Assembly: GCF_035594765.1 (NCBI RefSeq)
Contig: NC_085841.1
Span: 353,409,402-353,473,401 of the forward strand
Direction of reading: 5' to 3'
Origin: Anolis carolinensis
Taxonomy: Eukaryota
DNA length: 64,000 nt
Part shown: positions 53,684-64,000 of the stretch, piece after piece
Position numbering within the stretch: the stretch's first letter is position 1
How the letters are laid out: each line of letters starts with the position of its first letter
Made by a program: the position numbers and the translations under genes
The notes under the pieces: model-generated
Seen by the model: only the letters and a program-made list of their open reading frames with translations
Told to the model about the DNA's origin: nothing
Databases searched by the model: none

Positions 53684-54770
53684 TGTTGTGACTGCGCCTT
53701 CGGGGATTATGGTTGATGGTGATGGAATTCGAAGAGGAAGAAAAAACCCTCGTGATGAGGGTTCACTGGAGGAGTTGCGCAGGAAGCGACTTAGAGAGCT
53801 ATATGGGGGATCTTCTGAGGAAGATTCAGATGGGGAGATGGATGCTGAGGAACAGGTGGTGGCTGGGGAAGCGGGCACAGCCACCGGAGATGTCTGGGGA
53901 TTTGGGGCTTATGGATACTTCTGAACCTGGGGTTTCTGCAGGAGCTGATCCCAATTGGGATGCTTGGAGAAGGGAGGATGGTTCTTTAAGTGTTCATGGG
54001 GCTAAGTGTGGGCAGGATGATTGGGACTCCGACGAATTGCTAGGTACTCCAGATCCACGAGCTCTAGCTGTGTGGAGTTCAGTAGATTTGGGACACCTGG
54101 TGTTTGGGTGTGAGTGTTTGGTCACCCAGGAGGAAGGGGAATAAAATGGGAATGTTTGGCCACTGCACTTTGCGTGTGGCAAGGTGTTGCTGAGGCGCCA
54201 TTGGGATCTCTGTGTTTCCATGAAGACTGAACTTGGACTATGATTTGAATCTGCTGATATCATCTAGCTTGGCTCTCGCTGTGTCTTATCGTGGACCTGT
54301 TTTGGATGACTGCACCCTCTTCGGACTTTGGATTGAATTTGACCTGGCTTCTGTCTACGCCCTCTGACTGACGGCTACTCCCGGCTTCTGACTATTGGTT
54401 TGTCTTTCGGAATTTCTGCTGCCTCCTGACCTGACCTTGGATTCTTCTGACAACGGCTATTCATCATCCCTTTGAGGCTCTCGGCTTATCTGCACCGTGG
54501 AAGCAGCTTTACTGCTTTTCTAGTTTGTTTATTTTCCAGCAATTAGCTCTATTTGTTTTCCAAAGCTGAATTGAAGCGTTATTTAGTTTTTTATTGAATG
54601 CCAGCATGGGAAAATAGCGTGGCTCGTTTTTGAGTTATTATTGTCCAATCTACTCTCGAAACACTGTAAAGTGAAGTGTTTCAAGGATATTTCCTGTGTT
54701 TATGTTATTTTTTGGCTTATCTTCGGAATAAACTTTGTTTTTTATGTTAACTGGCGTCTGACTCTTGACA
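53684..54770 (+). mobile_element. Solo LTR (1087 bp) inserted into a palindromic MITE
   Basis: TGT...ACA termini, 5-bp TSD CAGTG at 53679-53683 / 54771-54775, AATAAA at 54727. The host MITE resumes on both sides. Confidence 0.8.
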
Positions 54771-55908
54771 CAGTGCTATGGGATCTGGGGGTTTATAGTT
54801 TGGTGAGGCACCCATACTCTCTTTCAAAGAGGGCTAAAGATCTTGTAAAACTACAATTTGCATTGCATTGAGACATAGTTGTTAAAGTGGTGTCATGCTG
54901 CATTAATTCTACAATTTGGGTGCTCCCAAGGAGCATGCAAGAGGTGGGACTTGCATTTCCCCACCTTTTTATTTTGGCTTTTGGTAGCTGCAGAGTGGTC
55001 CATGTACATAGACAGTACTTATATCAAGTGAAAGACAGGATATAAATAAAATAAATAAAAGTAAATAAAATACATTCAGACAGAACTTCAAGCCCAAGCA
55101 AGGCTAACACTAAAAACCTACACAGGACCGTGTTATAAACCTCTACAGCTGTGGTTCTCTTGATGTTTTTGGCCTTCAACTTCCAGAAATCCTTACAGCT
55201 GGTAAACTGGCTCGGATTTCAGGGAGTTGTAGGCCAAAAACATTTGGGGAACCCAGGTTTGAGAACCACTGCTTTACAGATTACCCTTAGATGCCACGTA
55301 CTTTATCAAGACATCACAGCCAACTTGTAATTGGAATAATTTAGAGTATCAGCAATGGACTCCTCAAACTTGATTTCCAAGTATTAGATCTGGGGAAGGT
55401 AGGCGTTCAGTGTTGTAAGATCTTCTCAGAGCCATCCTGGCAGATTTTATTTGACAAGTTATGGAAATACTCTTTGGCTGGAAGAATTGCCTATTGTGTT
55501 GGGCTGTAGTGTTATGCTAACACGGGAATCATTCCTTTTCAACACAGCAGGGCTTATTTCTGAGCAAACATGAATAGGATTGCATTACACACTCATTTCT
55601 AAACGCCAGTCTGGAATGTTGTAATGCTAACACTGAAGTGTAATCCTTTGTATGTTTGTTTTGAAGTAAATTCCGCTGGAGTCGTAGGGGCTCTTTCCTG
55701 GAATAAGTATTTACGACTGGAACGCAACTGAAATCTTGAGTGGGTCTAGTAGAAGATTAGCTGCATTGAACTTTGTGAAATTTAAAATTCTCATTTGGGG
55801 CAGAAAGTAGACATTTCTCATTGCAGGGCATGGTCTCTTTTTTTCTATTTCTCATTTTATTAGAAGTTACCATTTATGTTTAGAAGGCTTTCATAGCATT
55901 AGAACCAA

Positions 55909-56170
55909 CTTTTTTGTGTCAGGAGCGACTTGAGAAACTGCTAACTGTGAGAGAATTGGCCGTCTGCAAGGACGTTGCCCAGGGGTGTTTTGATATTTTA
56001 CCATCGTAATGGGAGGCTTTTCTCATGTCCCTGCATGGGGAGCTGGAGCTGACAGAGGGAGCTCATCCACACTGTCATAGGATTCAAACTGGCAACCTTC
56101 AGGTCAACAACCCAACTATCAAGTCAGCAGTCTTGCCAGGACAAGGGTTTAATCCACTGTGCCACCAGGT
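55909..56170 (-). mobile_element. tRNA-derived SINE with Sauria-like head and Vingi-like tail (AnolisSINE2-like)
   Basis: Head resembles the Sauria SINE; tail AGTCGCTCCTGACAC-A(n) resembles the Vingi 3' end at 16475-16500. Confidence 0.65.
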
Positions 56171-57486
56171 GCTTAAAGTGGATGTCTTGGGCACAAATTT
56201 TGTTAAAATGTCTAAAATATGTAGACTCACATACACAGCTTGTTTTTACATTACCATTTTAAGGAGCGCTCCCAAGTTAACAGAATGTAAGGCAAGAGGC
56301 CAAAGGTTTTACTATCCAATAAAGTTGTACACAGAAATTAAAACAAGTTGAATTAAAACAAGCTGGCTTCTTGGCAATACATCCTCTCATTCGTTTCTAA
56401 AGTGATGCTTTGTCACTGTCAAGATCTAAATCTTGCTGTAGTAGAACAATTATTTGCATATATTGGGGAGATAAATAATTTCTTCCAGATTTGTGGGTTT
56501 ACAATACTACAGAATGATGAATGGATATCTTAATGCCAGAAGGCAGAAGGTTTTTTTCCGGCAAAACTGCAGTTACAACCCAAATAATAAATCTCTCTAA
56601 GAACTATGCTGTCTCCTGCCAGCTTTAGTATTATTCTTCCTATCCAAGTTCTTAGAGCAATTTTTAAAAATGCATACAATTGTATTTTAAAACTTTTAAT
56701 TGAATAAAGCTTAAAAGGGGGGACTATATCCACAGTGCGAGACAATGATTTGAGTGTTGGGTTACACTATGTAATACAGTTTTCGTTCCTGGGTTATAAA
56801 TGTCAATTCTTAATTGGTTCTATCATAAAAACATGGAAAAAGTTTATTAAACTGCAAAAAAAAGTTTTTGCGGAACATCTTACAGCACATTTGGCTATAG
56901 ATTTTTAATTAATATCTCATAGAATCGCAACCAATTCAACATAGTTTGTGGCAGCCACAAAAAAAACCAAGTTTCTAGAGTAGAACAACTCCTTTCAAAG
57001 TACGACCGCACAATTAAACAAGAAACAAAACATTCAAACAAGAAGAAACTTGTTCATTCATAGTCCACTCCTTTCATTTTTTTCACGTTCTACCAAAATA
57101 CTTATTTGTTTGTAGAAAAAATTGATTTGCTGTTATATCAGACAAAACGATGGATTGCATTTGACCTGGTAACTAGATTACATCCTAATTTATAGGGAGA
57201 ATGCAAACCTAAGTTTTCTAGTTCAAATGAAACTACATTTTGTGGCAAACCAAGAAGTGATTAAATTGAGCAAAAAGGAGTCAGTCATGCTCATATTCAA
57301 AATTTTAGTTATTTAGGAAAGTAATATACCACCCAGGGTGCATCTTCACTGTAGAATTATGAGTAATGGCAGTTTGACACCACTTTATCTACCATGGCTC
57401 AATGCTACATAATCCTGGGAATTGTTGTTTGGTGAAGCATCGGTCATTTTTGTCAGTGAAGGGTGACGATCTTCTTGATTCCATAG

Positions 57487-58186
57487 CAGTCGTGTGCATT
57501 CGGGGTAAACCTTGATCTGTTTAGGGTCCCGGCTTTCGGTGGGCCCCCCGATTTGTTTCTACTGAGCCTCCTGAAATCGGAAGGGCAGATATTTGTTTTC
57601 GATGCCGAAAGATCAATTTTCTTTCAACCCAATATTGGGGGGGGGGGGGGGCTTCCCACCCAGGCTCCCGTTCCCGGCTCCCCTTCCCAGTGCGTGCTTT
57701 TGGACAGGGTTTGCCTCACTTTAATCTGAGAAGTCGAAGGGCTTCCTGGCTGGGGCTGAAGACCCATCGCGTTTGCTGCCTGTGGCCTTACTCCACAACC
57801 CAAAGCACCTGGGCCTGCAAGGGCCTGCACCTGAGCGCCAAGTAAGCAGTGCTCCTAAACTCGGCACTAGACTACAGGCCCTGGCAGGCCTAGGCATATA
57901 GGCCCAAAGCACCTGGGCCCACAAGGGCCTGCACCCGAGTGCCAAGTAAGCAGCGCTTCTTACTCGGCGCTTGGCTGCAGGCCCTTGCAGGACAAGGTGC
58001 TTTGGACCCACACGCACGGCATTCAGTCCAAAAAAACAGGCTTGGAGCCGGTACCCACTCTCACCTGCCTTTCGTATTGAGTTATTTTAGTTCCAGGAGG
58101 GGTCTTCCTGTTTTGTGCCATCTGAATGGACAGAACAAAACCGAAACACGAACCAAACAATGATACAAATACTGCGCCCATGACTA
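57487..58186. mobile_element. 700-bp non-autonomous hAT element with internal tandem hairpins
   Basis: Perfect 8-bp TSD TTCCATAG at 57479-57486 / 58187-58194; imperfect TIR CAGTCGTGTGC / GCCCATGACTA. Confidence 0.75.
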
Positions 58187-58888
58187 TTCCATAGTATTGA
58201 GCAGTGGCAATTAAAGTGGCGTCAAACTGCATTAATTCTACAATGTGGGATGCATCCCCATTTGGGAAACACCCGCTTTGCAATTAATAAACATAAAAAC
58301 ACAAAATAGTCAATTCTTAATTAAGCTTTTGTGCGCCCACTTAATTGCTGCCCTTTCTTCTGTTTTCAAGCTGGTTATGAAACACCATGAGTTTCAAAAG
58401 TGGCTTACCACATCACAGGAAACCCTGTCTGAGAAACCCAAGTTCAAAACTTTGATAGGTGTTTTGAATAGATTTTGAACTCTGCAAGTAAAACTTGTAT
58501 AGGGGGTTTTAGTTTTGGGTTTTAAATGTGCAAGCTTTCAATGCATCACATTGGAATGTGTTTGTCTAAGCACGGGCCTCCCTCCGCCACATAGCTTATC
58601 TTTTCTAAGCTTAACACATAGCATTATCAGAGAGCTCTGTATTTAATAACCTTTCTTTTGCAGACTGGAATCTGGATTGGAATCAAGTTAAAACTGAAAA
58701 AGAAGCATTGCTTGGACATTTCGGGAGGCGTTGAAGGACACCTTGCACTCCTTAGCAAAATTTTTGTAGGCTGTTGAAGACACAGTGCAGCACCCAGTTA
58801 TGTTTTTGAAATATTAACAGTTTTTGCTGGATGTTGGGCTCTTTTGTTCCAGTTTTCTGAATGATTCTTCCTTGCAGCTGTAGCAGGA

Positions 58889-59350
58889 ATGCAGGGCCAG
58901 AACTTAGCGGAAATGCATAGCAGTGAGGTGCTTTCCGAACAGTCGTATTCACAAGATCTGCCAGCCGAGACATCTGCCGCCGTTCACAACAGTGATAAAG
59001 CTGATGAATATTGCGTAAAGCAAGCTGGGAATCTTGATGAAAGTTTTGAGGTGGAGAAATTTCAGATAAGCTTTCCTAATAACCAAAATGGCAATGGAGA
59101 TGTGCATGAAACATCACCGGAGACTTCTTATGACACCAGCGTAGTGGAATCCAACAGTTCATGGGGTGACTTTGAAGCATTTAGTGAAGTCAATATAAGC
59201 AACAGCCCAGAGTCTTTGGGAAAGTTAAGTGAAAAACAAGTTTGTATGAATGGGGTCGACCTCAACCACAAGTGCACCGCTACCTCATGGACACAGTGCT
59301 TTTCCCAAATGGCGAGACACCACCGAAAAGAAACTTCGACTAATATTATG
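58889..59350 (+). CDS. CLBA1: CLBA1 (C14orf79, clathrin-binding box of aftiphilin containing 1), first coding exon
   Basis: ATG at 58889 (MQG...), acidic low-complexity region with SSWGDFEAF at 59156-59182 (human WGEFEGF, gamma-adaptin-ear-type motif). Donor ATG|GTATGT, phase 0. Confidence 0.85.
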
Positions 59351-60982
59351 GTATGTTTTGATAAGATATCTATTCACTTAATCCCCACCACTTTTTCCTG
59401 TTTAAGAATGCTGTTTCCATGGTATTACCATGTCTTTTCTGTCTCTTTTTTTGCTGTATGATAACTTGGCTCAGCTTAGGAAGACAGAGAGGGTTTGGTT
59501 GCTCTTCACAAAACTGAGGAAAAAAACTCTTAATTCATACATTCTCCAAATATCTCCCTGCCTTTGTGTTACTATTTCCAAATAAGAGTGTCCTTGTCTT
59601 TGTACAATCAGGTTTTTGTCTACACAGTTTTGCATTTCTTGGCCCTAAGCTATAACTGTACAGTTCACTCCCATTCCTTATTGTCTTGGACTGTAAACTT
59701 GCAACTACGATGTAAACGCATTTTTAAAAATAGAATTACCGTACACTTATTAATTGTGGCAAAATCACAGTTGTAAAAATGTTTCATTTTTTGTCCAAAG
59801 TGCAGTAATTTAGATGATATTGGACAAAAAATCATGTGATTGCCTCATAGTCACATGAATAATTGCTGCACAGATAAAAATTGCTGTTATTCCAGTCAGC
59901 CTATGTATATATGTGTCCAGGATGTGAGAAGCAGATTCCTAGGTTTTTATAATGATTTTTTTAAAATTCTCATAGGCCTTCGTTGCACTTTAATTGTATT
60001 GATTGTGACAACTATCTAATTTTGGTTGTGCATGTCTTGCATTCCTTTCAAATGTAGGGACTTGTTATACATGGTATCCTGTGGGTTGTGATTGCCAATG
60101 AGATTAAAATGGTAAAGTAGAAAAGTGAGATCAGGTGGGGAAAGAAAATGCTAAAAATCTGTTGAAATTACGCAAATATTTTTAACAAATTCCAACAATG
60201 AGAGCCAATATGGTGTAGTGGTTTGAGCATTGTACTGCCATTCTGCAGATTAGGGCTGGTCTCCCCATTTGATTACAGAAACTCACTGGGCGACCTTGGG
60301 CAAGTTACATTCTCTCAGCCTCAGAGGGAGGCAGAGGCGAACCCCCTGTGTACAAATCTTGCCAAGAAAAATAAATTCACTTATGGTTGCCATGGCTCAG
60401 AAATGATTTGAAGGCCTATATGAGCATTCTCCCAAAGGCAAACAACAAACCTAGGTAAACATAGTCTGTTCTCTATACTCACGGGTTTGACATTTGTGGA
60501 TTTGATGCCCCACTTTCTCATTGGCTCCAAATATATTGAGGAGACATCCAAGGAGGGAAATCAAGGTGTACAAGGAGAGCAAGACCTGATATAGGGAGTT
60601 ATGGAAGTTGTTGTATAAAGTAGAAATCGTGAATTTCCATGCATTTGTTATGTTAATCTGCCTGAAAAATATTTGAGGGGACTAGCAAAATCACAGAGAA
60701 ATGAACGCTTCCCAGTTAATCTTGACTGGCTGGATTCACTGTGGTGGATATCTTTCCAATGTCTGAAAATCTGTAGGCTTGCTGGATGTCTATAATGCTG
60801 GGGATTGTGTTAGCTTGTCTAAACGAATGAGAAGCTCCCTGGTACAGATATTGTAAGCATGTCTTGGAGACATCCAATATACAATGATTTCCTTTGTTCA
60901 CTGTAATCATCAAACTGCATGTTTTGACACTGTATATCACACTGCTGGCTTCAATGCATATGCATTACTTTACTTTCTCTAG

Positions 60983-61131
60983 GCAGCCTCCACTACTGAA
61001 GATGTCATTAAACTGAGCTTTCCAGACATTCCAGTACCACAGTTCTTGGAAAAAATAAGCAGTTTGGAACAAATACTTTATACAGAAACAGAAAACACAG
61101 AACCTCCCGAATGTACAGAGCAACAACTTTG
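60983..61131 (+). CDS. CLBA1: CLBA1 second coding exon
   Basis: ctttctctAG|AASTTEDVIKLSFPDIPVPQFLEKISSLEQILYTETENTEPPECTEQQL|GTAAT; resembles human ENILKCAFQEITV; 149 nt. Confidence 0.85.
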
Positions 61132-61529
61132 GTAATAGTTTGTATTTTTAAGAATGTATTAGGTGTATCTATTCTGGTCAGGACTAACAATTGGATTTAG
61201 GCCAGATGTGTCAAAGTATGGTGTTCCTGATGTTGATGGACAACACCTCCATCAGCCCCATCTAGCATAACCAAAACTGGGGAAATACTGGCAGCATCAG
61301 AAAGGTTGCACTTTAGTTTGCTTTAGGCTATAATAATACTATTTAGCTCTAAATGAATTCTTTTATCTGTATACGTCTGATTCAATGCACACATTTGATG
61401 GTAGTACCAAAGTTTAGGTAGACTAACTTTTGAATTTTAGCATGGCAGACTACAGAGTATTTATTTTCTACTCCCAAATATATGTGTATTCACTGCTTCT
61501 ACCTTATTGGAAGGTAAAAAGGAATACTC

Positions 61530-61650
61530 AGAGCTGATTTGCCATTGGCTGTCTGAAATTAGCCCATAGGGCTTACTTGGTGGCCTCCCATCCAGGTGCT
61601 AATCAGGGCTGACCCTGCTTAGCTTCCAAGATGTAATGTCTTTAGGGTTG
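61530..61650 (-). mobile_element. 5S rRNA-derived SINE fragment; a second copy at about 44310-44515
   Basis: Minus strand ATCTTGGAAGCTAAGCAGGGTCAGCCCTGATTAGCACCTGGATGGGAGGCCACC matches the 5S rRNA internal control region. Confidence 0.7.
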
Positions 61651-62535
61651 GTAGCACCTTGAGTTGTGTATTGCATGCATCTAATTTAAATAGATGAGTA
61701 ATTAAATAACATTTTTGTGGAGAAAGAATCTCCATTCAAAGGGACATCTCTGCCAACGATATTTATATGAGTCATTATTTATAACACCTTATATACTCAT
61801 GGATACTTTGGGTTATTCCAGCCTTAGGACAGAATCAGAAAGCTTCTGGAAAATAGTTCCTTTATAAGTGATTATTTAACAAAAAGTATGATGGACTAGA
61901 TCATTATTCTACCAAATTTTGGTAGAGCTATGAATGGAAAGTCACTGCCGTAAAGGAAGGTAGGACTTCTAAAAGCACAAGACTGCTTTTGCTGTAAAAT
62001 ACCAACCTTGTTTTCAGCTGCAGGTACATGGAGTCAGAGATTACAAAAAGTAGAGTTAGAAAATATGGCGCAATTCACAAAACGTGTCCTCAGGCCAGGG
62101 ATCCACAGTATTGTTACATATACTCCCAAGAATGCTAATAATGCATGTGTTTGGCATGCATTTTCTATTGCAAGGGTCTTTAAGCATAAGAGGTTGGATA
62201 GACATTTTCCAGGTATGCTTTAATAGTGTTTTCCTACATAGTCGGTGGTTGGGCTAGATGGGCCTTGCAGTCCCTTCCAACTCTATAGTTTCTTGCTTTA
62301 AATAAGAAACATAAGATGACACAAGAGATTTTCTGTCTTGCTAATATGAATTGATTTTTGTGTTAGCTTGTTGTGGGTTTTCCAAAAATGCTGGAAATTG
62401 TAATTTTGTGAAAGTACTATCTTATCACAGAATTACAGTGCCCTGTGAAAATTATCACTATGAATGTTATTTATCTGTAGTGCAGAAAGGTTCAAATTTA
62501 AAGCGCTTCCCAAATCAGTAGCCTTTTTAGATGTA

Positions 62536-62858
62536 CAGTAGTCTCTCACTTATCCAACATAAACGGGCCGGCAGAATGTTGGATAAGCGAATATGTTGGA
62601 TAATAAGGAGGCATTAAGGAAAAGCCTATTAAACATCAAATTAGGTTATGATTTTACAAATTAAGCACCAAAACATCATGTTAGACAACAAATTTGGCAG
62701 AAAAAGTAGTTCAATACGCAGTAATGCTATGTTGTAATTACTGTATTTATGAATTTAGCACCAAAATATCACGATATATTGAAAACATTGACTACAAAAA
62801 TGCGTTGGATAATCCAGAACGTTGGATAAGCGAGTGTTGGATAAGTGAGACTCTACTG
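62536..62858. mobile_element. 323-bp Tc1/mariner-type MITE
   Basis: Same family, TA TSD. Confidence 0.9.
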
Positions 62859-63049
62859 TATTGCTAGTGATCCAAGTGCACTCTTTAGTCCCTAAGTATT
62901 ACTTAAGGTCATTTGCAAATTGGGTGTGTTCACTGTCTCTATTCTTTGTAACCGAATTGTTCATGTGGAAGAGTGGTTTACAGTGAGGCATGTGTTTGGT
63001 ATGTGTTTGGCAATCTTGGATTAATCTGAATTATTTTTTCCTTTTAAAG

Positions 63050-63179
63050 CATTGACTCAGCAGACGTATGGAAGACCCTCACCTCTTGCAGTAACCTGTC
63101 CAGTTTAAAATGTCGTCGGAATGAATCTCGTCATCAGGAAAACCTTTTAGCTGTGCTTGGAATAGATGTTCACCAAAAG
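63050..63179 (+). CDS. CLBA1: CLBA1 third coding exon; last exon lies beyond the right edge
   Basis: CIDSADVWKTL...ESRHQENLLAVLGIDVHQK|GTATCA; resembles human LWRAL...[20 protein letters not shown] (aftiphilin-type domain); phase matches the previous exon. Confidence 0.88.
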
Positions 63180-64000
63180 GTATCAGGCAGATTTTTTTTA
63201 GAATTTTGTGGAATTTTTCCATCTTAATCGCGGCTGTCATCTTGGAGGCATTGTGGGGCCATAAAGAAGTGCCAGGCATTTTCCAATGAGACAAGAAACT
63301 TTGCCCTATTTTGGCTTGATATCAGAAATTTTGTTTCCTACTTTCACTTTGCATGAAATGTTACCATAGAATACTATAAAATCATCGAGTTGAAAGGCAC
63401 CACAACAGTCACCTAGTCTGGCCCCATCCTGTCATGCAAGAATACACAATCCAAGCACTCTTGACTGATTTTCTGAGGCAGCATATCCTATTGCTGATCA
63501 GTTCTTACTGTCAGGAAGTTTTTTCTCATGTTTAAGTGGAATCTCTTTTCCTGTAGTAACTGAGCCCTTGTTTGAAATCTTCTAATAATGGAGAGCTCGC
63601 CACCTTCTACCGTTTGCAAAACTGATGTGAGAAATATGTGATTGTAAATGTCATCCATATGCAGGTTTTTTTTTTACTAATTTATTCTGTCGGGGGTGCT
63701 TTGTGCTTTTCCTGCATGGCAGGGGGTTGGACTAGATGGCCCATGTGGTCTCTTCCAACTCTATGAGTCTATGATTCTATTGAAAAAAGAGTGTTGGAAA
63801 AATCTTTTTGGAAGATAACATTAATAGTGTGCAAAGATACCTTGGATTTTTCAGCACTTGTGCACCTTTATCAGAGAAGCACAAAACTTCCTGATGGTAA
63901 GAGCTGTTTGGCAGTGGAAGATGTTTCCTTGGAGTGTGGTGAAGTCTCTTTCTCTGGAGGATTTTAAGCAGAGGCCAAATGACTAAATGTCGAGGATGCT

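Noticed and set aside
53520-54263. Acidic ORFs of 134 and 143 aa
   Set aside because: They lie within or cross the boundary of a solo LTR and have low-complexity composition.
61555-61632. 5S rRNA gene
   Set aside because: Partial and diverged; better explained as a SINE head.

Overview
This is vertebrate genomic DNA. The repeat content (Sauria SINEs, Bov-B, Vingi, Penelope, Dong/R4, lizard-type hAT and Tc1/mariner MITEs) points to a squamate, most likely Anolis. Three spliced genes were reconstructed by hand with GT-AG boundaries and consistent phases. SIVA1 has coding exons 1-2 on the minus strand and runs off the left edge. ADSS1/ADSSL1 (muscle adenylosuccinate synthetase) is complete: minus strand, 13 exons, CDS 38519->9160, 1359 nt, 452 aa. 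CLBA1/C14orf79 is on the plus strand with a probable non-coding exon 1 near 48.3 kb and three coding exons, and runs off the right edge. There is a 133-N gap at 40603-40735. The most interesting signals are: (1) minimal type-I hammerhead ribozyme motifs in four Penelope-element ends, one of which has an intact core and forms a 117-bp insertion with a perfect 11-bp TSD; (2) an 868-bp chimeric retro-insertion flanked by identical 92-bp direct repeats; (3) a hAT-like shell carrying a copia integrase fragment; (4) an alternating 55/70-bp repeat beside ADSS1 exon 1; (5) a TATA/MEF2 composite element in the ADSS1 promoter; (6) an ADSS1-CLBA1 head-to-head adjacency that differs from the human gene order. 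Gene names and TE family names come from recalled sequences and motifs, not from database searches.
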